Below, piece after piece: positions 1 to 11,434 of a stretch of DNA of 64,000 nt (the first letter of the stretch is position 1; each line of letters begins with the position of its first letter). Location of the stretch: NCBI RefSeq assembly GCF_001194135.2, contig NC_068988.1, positions 66,260,263 through 66,324,262 on the forward strand. The letters are read 5' to 3'. The position numbers and the translations under genes were made by a program. Origin of the DNA: Octopus bimaculoides. Lineage: Eukaryota. The notes beneath the pieces are model-generated. The model searched no databases. It was given only the letters and a program-made list of their open reading frames with translations, and was not told the DNA's origin.

Positions 1-908
1 TTAGATACGTTATAGTTTTGTTAATAATATATATATACCGTTTGAGAATAATGTGCTAGATGTTTCTACTTTCAAACTAAATCTAATTTCCCTTCGAGAA
101 TGCTTTGAGTATCACACTGCCTGATGTCTATTCCACATGTAAGTGCTATGCTCTTGAAAGCATCTACTGTGAAACCTTGCTGCTGCAGGTTACTTATGTT
201 TCACATTAACACAATATCCATGCGTTTAGTTGTCCACGAATTAGTGAATAGTCTGTATTGTGGAAGCAATATAATGATCCATACATATCATAAAATATGT
301 ATGGATTGTTATGGTTACACCGGATGAGTGTGGATAATATAAAATTCTAAAAATACTTTAAATATCTTGCCCTTACAAACAATCTGAAATTTCAACGTTT
401 GTTATCGACTTCCATTTTGTATAATTTGAATGTTTAAGTTAATATCTTTGTCGACGTATCAAGGAATATCTACGTCGGCACTTAACCCACTAGAAATAGC
501 AACTAAATATCTTCCTGCACACTCAAGCAAACGAGGAAAACTTGTGTGCTAAAAACTGGAACCAAACCTCTCGCAGATTACACTCTACTAAGTCAACGAT
601 AGACTTACTCTTCGTTTTAATCTTTTAGAATTTTAAAAAATATATGTTTTGAATTTTCTAGAAAAGGTGGGTAAATCTCAGAAACATTACAACCGTCTAT
701 CTTGGGAAGGGAAGTGCACATTGAACAATAGAATCTCCTTGACACACAAAACCAACAGCAAGGGTGGCTGATCCTGGAAGGATCATCTTATCATTCATCA
801 TGTCAGTCAGCAGGGCTAAAGGACAACTGAGCACGGGAATCCACTATTTCATGGCGGCATGCAAAGTGCTCCAAACTGTTTAGGTTTATTTGGGTGTTTT
901 ATTTTGTA

Positions 909-1452
909 TTTTTACTTGCTTCAGTCCTTAAACATCGGCCATGTTAGGTCACCGTCTTGAAGGGCTTTATTCGAACGAATCAACTGCAGTACCTAGTTTC
1001 TAAAGCGTAGTATTTATTCTAATCGTCTGTTTGGCCGAAACACTAAGGTAAGGAAATGTGAAGAAACCATCACCGGTTGTCAAGAGATGTTGGGTAAAAG
1101 CGCAAAAACACACATACACACACACACATACGAGTGAGTGATTAACGAAAGTAAAAGGCATTCAACATATTTAGTAGGAGTTACATGTATTAGTTATATC
1201 AGTATGATTCGTCTCCACGCGACTTAATCTTTCGGGGACATCTAACAGAAGTCCGTCTGTTTCAGGTTGCCCGACAGAGACGGGCTTCTATAAGAAGCCC
1301 ACGCATTTTTAAGTCCATGGAACCAAATCCACTTACAAGGTTTTGGTTGCCGTGAGGCTATAGAAGACAACTGCCCAAGGTGTCATGCACACTGAACTCG
1401 GAACAATGTGGTTGGAAAGTAACTTGTTACCGACATCCACGCTTAACGCTAT
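909..1452 (-). mobile_element. Family-B tRNA-derived (CORE-like) SINE, diverged, with an internal insertion
   Basis: Aligns by eye with the cleaner B copies at 14866-15287 and 36853-37335 (tttacttgcttcagtc...ccgaaacactaag...caactgcccaaggtgtcatgc...gaacaatgtggttgg). About 150 nt of unrelated sequence lies at ~1135-1290. Confidence 0.7.
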
Positions 1453-1479
1453 GTTGCTCCAGTACATACAGCAGACACC

Positions 1480-1837
1480 GTTGTTGTTGTTGGCACTCCG
1501 TCGCTTACGACGTCGAGGGTACCAGTTGATCCGATCAACGGAACAGCCCGCTCGTGAAATTAACGTGCAAGCGGCTGAGCACTCCACAGACACGTGTACC
1601 CTTAACGTAGTTCTCGGGGATATTCAACGTGACAAGGCTGACCCTTTGCATTACAGGCACAACAGAAACAGGAAGAAAGAGTGAGAGAAAGTCGTGGTGA
1701 AAGAGTACAGCAGGGTTCACCACCATCCCCTGCCGGAGCCTTGTGGAGCTTTAGGTGTTTTCGCTCAATAAACACTCACAACGCCCGTTCTGGGAATCGA
1801 AACTGCTACCCTAGGCACTGGGCCATTGCGCCTCCAC
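1480..1837 (-). mobile_element. Family-A tRNA-derived SINE, full length, (CAA)n tail
   Basis: The reverse complement starts GTGGAGGCGCAATGGCCCAGTG (A-box-like), has a TTTCGATTCC B-box-like motif, and ends GACGTCGTAAGCGACGGAGTGCCAAC(AAC)n. Same family as 20592, 28801, 42648 and 60837. Confidence 0.92.
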
Positions 1838-2355
1838 AGCAGACACCAGACTTTACTTATATGATTAATTTTAGTTGAATACTTCATTGGGTTTGTTTAA
1901 TTGGAGATGTGGTGTGAAACATGATTAGAGAAGCACGTGACTGCATGCACGCGAATGTAAGACTCACTGACAAACATATATGCTCACACATATATACATG
2001 TGTGTGTGTATGAAAGTGTGAGTGCGTTTGTGTAAAGTGAATGATTAGTTGATTGTTAAATTAAGCCGTCTAATGCATATTTGTGTGTTTATGCATGTAT
2101 GTACTTGTGTATTTCTACGCAATTGCATATTTATGTCGATCATTGTGTATGTATGTGCGTGTATGTGTGTGAATATGTATGTATATGTAAGTGTATATTT
2201 AAGATAAACCTTTCCTTACTAATTAATAGTATAGCGTGGGCTGATTTGATCAACATAAACTCATCGAACGGCCGGCCTTTCCGTCACAGAGTTGTTTATT
2301 ATCCTTAATGTTATTCATCCTAAAGAACATATTTCGGGTAAAATATTCACTTGTT

Positions 2356-2391
<36 letters not shown>

Positions 2392-2644
2392 AAACACTTC
2401 TATTTATTAACTTAATCGTCATGTAAATAGAAACATTAATTTATGTATCGTAGTTTTTAATATGTAAACATAACTGTCGCGTAGAAGCGCAATCATCAAT
2501 GTAAATGTTACCTCAACAACTTGAATGTTTTGCATTAATTATGAATGTTGCCGTTTATTTGTTTATCAATTAAATTAATTAATTTTAGAATTTATTCTTT
2601 CAGAAATTCATTATCATTCATGGTTTACTATATCTAGTACAATA

Positions 2645-3238
2645 TTATGTCAGTCTCTGTTGTGGTTGAGAATATCGAAGTTGTTGACCGCTTCACTTAT
2701 CTCAGTAATGAAAATAGCGGCATTATCTGCAAGTTTGGAGTCTGAAAATGAATTGGACACGTTGGTGCAGTGGTGGACTCTTCGGACAAAGGTGTTTGGC
2801 GCTGCCAATATCTGTGAAAAGGGCAAAAATTTGGGTCTTTATGTCTCTGGTCCTTCCTATCAAGCTCTCTTAGGAGCTGCCAGAACTCCTTTTGTACCAA
2901 TAGGTCGGATCTTGTATCCAATCAACGGCTCATCTCAGAAACTGAGATGCATCTTGTTACTTGTATGATTCGGGAGTACCAGCTAAGACTATATTGCCAT
3001 GTTGCTCGATTTTCCGAGCTAAACCCTGCTTATCATGTTCTTTTCACTGAGGATCTGGCTAGGTTAACGGTTCGTGTGGGTCGACCACATGCCATATGGT
3101 CACGGCAAATGAGGTAATATCTCGTGGAAATAAGGACTCTGTTCGACGGGTCTTCCAGGAGGAAATATACCAAGAAATGGTGAATGCAGCAACGTGCTTC
3201 AAGTGTGCATGCCTCCACATCTGACCCCATCTGACTAC
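2645..3238 (+). mobile_element. RTE-clade non-LTR retrotransposon 3' fragment, decayed
   Basis: One frame with stops reads ENIEVVDRFTYL...GVWRCQYL...DLVSNQRLISETEMHLVTCMIREYQLRLYCHVARFSELNPAYHVLF...GRPHAIWSRQ, typical of the RTE RT C-terminus (QLRLxGHVAR). It ends in short CATCTGAC repeats. Confidence 0.85.
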
Positions 3239-3884
3239 TTTACGCGTTGAATCTAAGGAAAGAATGTACACAGAATACATTTAAAATCATTCTAAAGCAT
3301 TCATAAAAGTTCATTTCCTATGAAAGGAATCATATTTCTTTTCAGAAACGTCTGACTTTCATAAAGTTTAAACTTTATCATATTTTCGTAGTTCACGTTA
3401 ACAGCTGTCTTCATTTAAAATATCTTTATGTCAGCAGAAGATCCGTTGGAATGGAATATGTTAGTCTTAAAATAACATTTAGAAATGATCAATCCAGACT
3501 AACGACTGGAACTACACATTTAGAATTCCGGTGCAGGACGGAGATCATGGAATATATTGAGTTTGGTCTGAAGCACCATGCAGATAAACCAAATATGTTC
3601 TACTCAGAATAGCTGATTAGACATCTGAAGGTATGGCTGAATATCTGTTAAGACGGCCATACAATTGCTAAAAGGTAAAATGAAGTGATGAATAGATCAA
3701 TAATGAATAATATATGCGCGTAAATTCACATACGAACATTCTGCATTGATACAAATAAAAAGTTAGAGCAAAAAGATAGAAAGAGAATAATAACAAGAAA
3801 TTATCTGATGAAATAAATGCTTAATTACATTATATATACCGAAGAAGCTATTATTTAGCTTTAAAATTCACGATAATTGTTGTC

Positions 3885-3962
3885 AGCGGGGTCCGTTTAG
3901 CTTAATGGTAGAGTACTGAGCCGGTATCTGAGGAGTACAGGTTCGACTTCCGTAGCCGCCTG
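3885..3962 (+). pseudogene. Degenerate tRNA-like sequence (SINE head or tRNA pseudogene)
   Basis: A-box TAGCTTAATGG and B-box GGTTCGACTTCC. Anticodon arm CTGAG-ccGGTat-CTGAG has a G-G mismatch, and the acceptor and T stems pair poorly. Confidence 0.5.
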
Positions 3963-4001
3963 ATGGCAAGCCTTTTCCCTCTTATATAGGTAAATACCCT
4001 A

Positions 4002-4095
4002 TGGAGGCGCAATGGCCCAGTGGTTAGGGCAGCGAACTCGCGGTCATAGGATCTCGGTTTCGATTCCCAGACCGGGCGTTGTGAGCGTTTATTGT
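4002..4095 (+). mobile_element. Family-A SINE head only, ending in (TG)n
   Basis: GGAGGCGCAATGGCCCAGTGGTTAGGGCAGCGAACTCGCGGTCATAGGATCTCGGTTTCGATTCCCAGACCGGGCGTTGTGAG, then a TG microsatellite. Confidence 0.9.
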
Positions 4096-5237
4096 GCGTG
4101 TGTGTGTGTGTGTGTGTTTTGTTGNNNNNNNNNNCCAGACCGGGCGTTGTGAGCGTTTATTGTGCGTGTGTGTGTGTGTGTGTGTTTTGTTGGAAATTTA
4201 ACCTTATTCCTTCATACTGAGTGCTTACTTGATATCTGCCTAGATATTTTTATTTTATGTATGCGTGTGTATGTGTACACGTATATTATATATGCGAGTG
4301 TGTATGTGTGTATGTATGTATGTATACTGCAATTGGAGAAAATGTAACCGAGACTTCTGGCACGTCATCTTAACTATTACAGCCTCACGCGTTGGTGGAG
4401 TTTAGTCCCAGGTCATTTTTCACAGAAGAAACGTGTGATTAAAGGAATTATATTCGTGATTTGATCATCTGTTATTGAGAAAGGGCATAGTGCTGGAGAT
4501 TTCTATTTCTTGCACACCGTTTAACTATGTAGAGCTTCTCGTATACTTTTAGATCTGTTTTGAGAAAGGAATATTTCCTAGTTCTCTGATTGACCTGACG
4601 TTTTATATCGTATACATCACCCGTACGCTACTTCATGGTTTGTATTCGTCTATACTCAAAGATTATTCGAAATGAGTGACATCGTGCTTATTCCTCATAG
4701 GAACCGAATGCTAATCTTTCTCAAATTATCACCGAATTTCGCCGACACCAATCATATCTCATTGCATTATGTAGAGTTCACGTTATGTATCATTACGCCT
4801 TTATGTCAGAGAGGTGTTTTGTTCTTTATTGCTAAAAGCCCGAAAACTAACAAGGAGAATTTATGCTTAAATTCGGTTTTAAAGTTGGCTTCTAAAGTCT
4901 TCTAATTTCAAGTAACAACATCAGGAAGGAAGTTTCGTTATCTCCTTTGTTATCAATAAGGATTTACAATGTTGATTGTTTCTTAAACATTTGAAGGGAT
5001 ATAGAAGGATTTAGATGTGTGAGAGCGGTAGATTGTATGTTAAGTACATCGGTAAACAAAGTTCTGAGTTCATATCTTGCAGAGCTCAGTGTTTGCATCT
5101 CATGCTTTCAGGGTCGCTAAAATAAAGTGAGAGCTAGAATACAGGCGAGGTTGGTCAATAAGATCAGATTGCAACATTTTGGTCCTGATTTCGATGCAAC
5201 TACATATGTATACACGTTTACATATGGATCTTTTATC

Positions 5238-5478
5238 CTCTACTTGCTTCACTCAGTAGACTAAAACATGGTGGGGCACCGTCTTGAAAATTTTTAATTG
5301 AACGAAACGACCCTAGTACTGTTTTTGAAGCCTGGCACTTATTCAATCGGTTTCATCCGCCGAACCGCTTGGATACGGAGACGCAAGCATATTAAACCGA
5401 CTTTCAAGTGGTGGTGTTGGGGGGACAAAAGACACAAAGACACAAATGTATAAACACACACATACACTTATATATATG

Positions 5479-5540
<62 letters not shown>
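5238..5540 (-). mobile_element. Family-B SINE, 3' half, diverged
   Basis: tacttgcttcactcag...gaagcctggcacttattcaatcgg...gccgaaccgct...gggggacaaaagacac, then (AT)n, the same layout as other B copies. Confidence 0.7.
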
Positions 5541-7261
5541 GTTTTAGGGAAAATAACCAATTTTCAAGAACTCATCTTATGATATTTACTTTACTTTATA
5601 TTATACTCATTTATTGTGCTTTTAATTATTAATTTTTCTATATGTNNNNNNNNNNNNNNNNNNNNNNNNNNNNNNNNNNNNNNNNNNNNNNNNNNNNNNN
5701 NNNNNNNNNNNNNNNNNNNNNNNNNNNNNNNNNNNNNNNNNNNNNNNNNNNNNNNNNNNNNNNNNNNNNNNNNNNNNNNNNNNNNNNNNNNNNNNNNNNN
5801 NNNNNNNNNNNNNNNNNNNNNNNNNNNNNNNNNNNNNNNNNNNNNNNTATATATATATGTATATATATATATATACATATTTCCCGTCTATCAAATTTAC
5901 ATGGGTGGGCTCAAAGTTTTGGGGATCAAAGAGGTGATAAAACCTATAGAATAATCTCTTGTAATACAACTATAACGATCTGGTCAAATATATATTCACC
6001 CTTTTCATCAATTGTCCATATAAAACAATGCATACATTAGTACATGTTTGAACGATTGCACGTTTAACTTCTATGAATCTAATGAAATGTCTTGGTGGAA
6101 TTTGAAATCAGCGTTACAAAGTATACTTTCTATGTTTTATTTTTTAGAATTTATAGCAATCGGATTATACCTTGTCAAAATTTGAAAACAAAACTTAGAA
6201 AATAAATATTTATTGTTAATTAAATAGATGAATGATTAATGTATGTCTATATTATTTCTTCTGCTGTTTATTTGAACTGATATTACAAGTGTGATGTATC
6301 ATTGATTATTCTTTTGCTAGCTTGACGTCGGAACTTAAGATTAAAATACAAATTAAGCAATTAAAAATATCCTATACTTTGGCATATCATTAATTAATTT
6401 CTCCAAATTTCCAAAGTTATCAAATGAAAGTTTCGACAAAAATATCCACGGCAAATATAACCAAGATGCTTCTTGCTGAAATTGAGAAAAGTAATTATTG
6501 TCTAATCTTTCATAATTATCCCATTTTTCATAATTAACACGTAACAAACCAATGTTTTCAAAGTTACTGATATTTTAATTGAATACTTCCGATAAGATTT
6601 GGTTACTATCTTTAATAATTTAATTAACAACGTTTGTTTTTATTATAATTTTTTTTTAATTTTACAAACCGTAAAATCTCTAAAACTTCAGAATATCAAA
6701 ACAATAAATAACTTGGCTTTTGTCTGAAAATTAATAACTTAATTTGCTTAAGAAAGAAAAAAAGAATGGTCGGTTTTTAAATTAACAAATATACTTTAAC
6801 TCTAGAAATAAATCGACATACTTTTAAAATACCTTAGCATGCAATTTAACATCTACTTTCGTTTTCTTTGATGAAATATGATTTGTGTCCTGGAACGGTA
6901 AATTCCGCTGCGTTGTCAGTGTTTTTAAATTCGAGATTAATTACGATCGTAATATAATATCAGAAGCAATCTAGACACGACAATCCAGTCTTTATTTCAG
7001 CACTAGTGTACCCATTTTTTTAGATCGTTGCGTGTCCTGTGAGAAAAATCTTAGTGCTATTTCCATCATGTCGAGTAACAACCTAGAGGATCTTTCCTCA
7101 AACTCCAATTGTATTTCTTTTCTGAGGCCATACTGAGACTTTTAAAACTTCTAATTTTGTTTTGTGTGTCCCGGTCTCGTCAGAATATCCCTCTAAAAGG
7201 TACTCATATGTCCAGAATGTTATTACAACAACGCAGTATGATTCACTCTGCAAAAAGACTA

Positions 7262-7470
7262 CCTGGTAGATTCGTTAGCACGCCGAGCAAAATGTTTAGT
7301 GGTGTTTCGTCTATCTTTCCGTTCTGAGTTCTAATTCCGCTGAAGTCTGCTTTACCTTTTATCTTATCGGAGTCGATAAAATAAGTACCAGCTGGAGACT
7401 AGCGTCGATATAATCGACTTACCCACTTCGCCGAACTTGCCGCCCTTGTGGCAAAATTTGAAGCCAATAT
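7262..7470 (+). mobile_element. Family-C tRNA-derived SINE
   Basis: ggtagattcgttagcacgccgagcaaaatgtttag...gttctgagttctaattccgc...gtcgataaaataagtaccag...taatcgacttaccc...cttgtggcaaaatttgaa; matches the other C copies. Confidence 0.85.
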
Positions 7471-8827
7471 GAAACGCACTGTTATTTTTTTTCTTTTTTA
7501 ATCCTATGGTAAGACTAAGTAGAATGGGTATTTAGAGTGATAAATAAACTGCCCATGGCCAAACAGTGGTTAATGTGATAGCAACATATTGATTTCATTT
7601 TCGACAACCTTGTTTCAAAATACTCAGCCACGTCTATATTAATGTAGGTCCCCACAGTAATTTGACATTAGAAATTCACCAATTTCCATATTTTATTATA
7701 TTTCATGAATCAATGGCCAAATGTAATTGAGTTGTTGTCAGATTTAGAATGGTTTTCATAAAAGTGAAAAACTTTATATGGACGCGGTGGTTCTCTGGTT
7801 TTCAAATTCCCATTTATAGAACTACTACTGTCATCGAAATTCGTGTATGCCAACATATCAATAGAGAATGTTTAATTGTTTTGTTTGTGTGTGTATGAAT
7901 ATAGTGGGAGGAATGGGTAAATTATTTCGATTTACTTTGACATTCACTTTGTGTAGAAAGAGAACCGAGACATGAAATATCATGTTTATGTATAACATTT
8001 ATAACTATATCTGAATGCACAAAACTGTACATGTGAATGCATTTGAAATTAGTGTTCCTTTTGAAGGCATTTCTTCTATATTTAGTGTATATATGTATGT
8101 GTACCTGGGTATTTGTATTCAGGAATATGTGTGTGTACTTGAATATTTCTGCATACGTCTCTACTTGTATGTTGAGTATCTCTGTATGCTTGTGTGTACT
8201 TGTTTGTCTTCGAGTTACCTGTTTCTACTTATGCACTCGTGTACTTATATCATAGTGTGTGCGTACCTGTATGTGGTGTATGTGTGTTTGCGCGTGTGTT
8301 TATGTATGCGTGCACATGTGTGTCTTTATCTGAATATTTGTTTATGCATTTTTATGTTTCTGTATGTATGCAAGGGTGTAGCAGCATATTTGTATTTGGA
8401 TATATGTGTATTTGGATATATGCTTGTCTTTAAGTGTATGTGTATGTATTTTATGTGTTTAGCAATTTGGACAAACATTTTGCTTTGCATGTGTGGCATT
8501 AGCTATACATTTTAGGATGTGAAGAATTACAGTAAGAAGTCGGATGACAGGAAATATGAAAGAACCTGTTGTGAGCGGAAACAAAACATGCTCTTTAACC
8601 AAAAATAAAAATAAACATTTTAAAAACGCTCAAACATTTGGCCTTTTGCATCACTAAACAAACACTACGAAACCAACATAAAATAATATGCATATTTGAA
8701 AGAAAATTGCTTTCAGCTATGTGACATTCGTACAAATGTCAAGCGAAGAACATTGCGTAAGAAAAGATCATAAAACATCAAATTGTTGAATACTTGAAAT
8801 ACACTTGTGTGTGTATGTGTGTGTGTG

Positions 8828-8869
<42 letters not shown>

Positions 8870-9528
8870 TATACATAAATGTATGTATGTATATATATGT
8901 ATGTATGTATGTATGTATATATATATATATANNNNNNNNNNNNNNNNNNNNNNNNNNNNNNNNNNNNNNNNNNNNNNNNNNNNNNNNNNNNNNNNNNNNN
9001 NNNNNNNNNNNNNNNNNNNNNNNNNNNNNNNNNNNNNNNNNNNNNNNNNNNNNNNNNNNNNNNNNNNNNNNNNNNNNNNNNNNNNNNNNNNNNNNNNNNN
9101 NNNNNNNNNNNNNNNNNNNNNNNNNNNNNNNNNNNNNNNNNNNNNTATATATATATATATATACATACATACGTATATGCATGTATACACACATACATAT
9201 ATATTTATACATGAATACATATAGATGTGTGAATATTTGTGTGTCTATGTGTTTGTGTACGTGTGTGTGTGTGTGTGTGTGTGTGTGCACGTGCTAACAA
9301 TTTGGTGCAAAAGAATATACTTTTTTATACTCAAAAATATTTTAAAGTGAAAATTCGACGACTGAAACCGTTTCTTTCTTTGTATTATTTGTGAGATACG
9401 TGAGACAAGAAGGACCCAACATCTCTTTAATCTACACTCACTGCAATATGTTATCACGTCACTGCAACACAATGGAAGTTTATTTTACATATTTACCTTT
9501 CATTTTCGCTTATATTAAGTGAAATTCT

Positions 9529-9848
9529 GTGGAGGCGCAAAGGTTTAGCTGTTAGGGCAGCGGACTCGCTGTCGGAGGATCGCGGTTTCAATTCCATGAC
9601 CGCGCGTTGTGTGTGTTTATTGAGCGAAAACACCTAAATCACAACGAGGCTCCGGCAGGGGGCTGATAATGACACCTGTTGTACTTTTTCGCCACAACTT
9701 TCTCTCACTCTTTCTGTTTCTTGAGTAACGGTGCGATGGACTGGCGTCCCGTCCAGCTGGTGGTGGGGGGGACATAAACGTCATAGAAACCGGGAAACCG
9801 GGCCCATGATCCTGGCTAGGCTTTATAAGGGCCGCATAAATAAAATAA
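9529..9848 (+). mobile_element. SINE with family-A head and body but a different 3' tail
   Basis: Matches family A up to ...CCACAACTTTCTCTCACTCTT, then switches to GAGTAACGGTGCGATGGACTGGCGTCCCGTCCAGCTGG...GGGAAACCGGGCCCATGATCCTGGCTAGGCTTTATAAGGGCCGCATAAATAAAATAAA. Confidence 0.8.
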
Positions 9849-10078
9849 AGGTGAAATTCTAGAATTTCAAACACATTTGGTACAGTGTGGAAGATATGGT
9901 CAAGAAGAAATTAAAAGAATAAAAACACAACGCATTTAATGTAAATAGGGGTGGGAGTGTTTATATTAGTGATCAACAAGTCAAAGCTAAAAATAAAAAA
10001 TACTACAAAGAACCTAGTGTAAATGGAGGTGAGTGTTTATGGCATTAAATTGAACGGCTTAAGCGTTTGATGATTGGC

Positions 10079-10446
10079 TAGATTTCGTGGCTGCCTACAC
10101 CCATTCACACGCACAGACAGACACTCAAAAAAAACATGTATACGTGTGCGCGCAAGCCTGTATACATTCACGCGTACATGCACCCACCGACACGAATGCA
10201 CACACACATATACACATGCACGCATATCGACAGGCATCGGCCAACCTGTCAATAAGTACACACATTCACTAACCCACGTACGCACTCGCTCTACACTGCT
10301 TATGTACACATACACATCCCTATATATTTACACGCACACCGACCGCCCCTTACACACACGCATAGGTACAGTCGTGCGCGTGCACGTGCACGCATATACA
10401 CATACATATACACGTGCCTATTGGCAGGATGACCGATGGCTGCCCG

Positions 10447-10526
<80 letters not shown>

Positions 10527-10656
10527 CTCTGTACATCTGTGTAGGTGGGCGCATGTGTGTGTGAATGTATACAGGCGTGCGCGCATACGTATACACATGT
10601 ATGTATGTGAGTGTCTGTCTGTGCGTGTGAGTAGGTGTAGAGAGCCACAAAGTCTA
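10079..10656. repeat. Foldback element / long inverted repeat
   Basis: 10079-10260 is an imperfect reverse complement of 10413-10656 (e.g. tagatttcgtggctgcctacac vs tagactttgtggctctctacac; gcatatcgacaggcatcggccaacctgtcaataag vs acatatcgggcagccatcggtcatcctgccaatagg). The right arm carries an expanded (AT)/(GT) tract. Confidence 0.9.
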
Positions 10657-10760
10657 AAGACTGGAATCTGACCATGGTGTTGTGCTCTAGCTAAAAGCGT
10701 AACTTTTAAATTTAATTTTTTGGCAACGAATTGTTGACCACAAATATAAACACCCCACCC

Positions 10761-10967
10761 CTCTTTTAATTGTTTCAGTCATTTGACTGCGGACATGCTG
10801 GAGCACTGCCTTTAGTCGAGCAAATCGACCCCAGGACTTATTCTTTGTAAGCCTAGTACTTATTCTATCGGCCCCTTTTCCCGAACCGCTAGCTTACGGG
10901 GACGTAAACACACCAGCATCGGTTGTCAAGAGATGTTGGGGGGACAAACACAGACACACAAACATAT

Positions 10968-11002
<35 letters not shown>

Positions 11003-11229
11003 NNNNNNNNNNNNNNNNNNNNNNNNNNNNNNNNNNNNNNNNNNNNNNNNNNNNNNNNNNNNNNNNNNNNNNNNNNNNNNNNNNNNNNNNNNNNNNNNNN
11101 NNNNNNNNNNNNNNNNNNNNNNNNNNNNNNNNNNNNNNNNNNNNNNNNNNNNNNNNNNNNNNNNNNNNNNNNNNNNNNNNNNNNNNNNNNNNNNNNNNNN
11201 NNNNNNNNNNNNNNNNNNNNNNNNNNNNN

Positions 11230-11262
<33 letters not shown>

Positions 11263-11434
11263 CACATATATACGACGGGCTTCTTTCAGTTTCCGTCTAC
11301 CAAATCCACTCACAAAGCTTTGGTCGGCCCGAGGCTATAGTAGAAGACACTTGCCGAAGGTGCCACGCAATGGGACTGAACCCGGAATTATGTGGTTCGT
11401 AAGCAAGCACTTCCCACACAGCCACTCCTACGTC
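10761..11434 (-). mobile_element. Family-B SINE, full length, with an internal (AT)n spanning an assembly gap
   Basis: Both halves flank the 11003-11229 gap: tgtttcagtcatttgactgcgg...gggggacaaacacagac and cgacgggcttctttcag...ccacacagccactcctac. Confidence 0.92.

Noticed and set aside
1228-1266. Minus-strand CTGAAACAGA-CGGAC...GTCC-CCGAAA as another hammerhead
   Set aside because: Core spacing is wrong (no CUGANGA) and there is no NUH triplet or stem I.
3361-3378. 18-bp palindrome ATAAAGTTTAAACTTTAT
   Set aside because: Short and almost entirely A/T; plausible by chance in this composition.
4002-4080. SINE heads (families A, B, C) as functional tRNA genes
   Set aside because: They have A and B boxes but no complete cloverleaf, and they continue into repeat bodies.
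4065-4195. Direct duplication of ~60 nt across the 10-N gap at 4125-4134
   Set aside because: Typical overlapping contig ends joined by a placeholder gap; assembly artefact.
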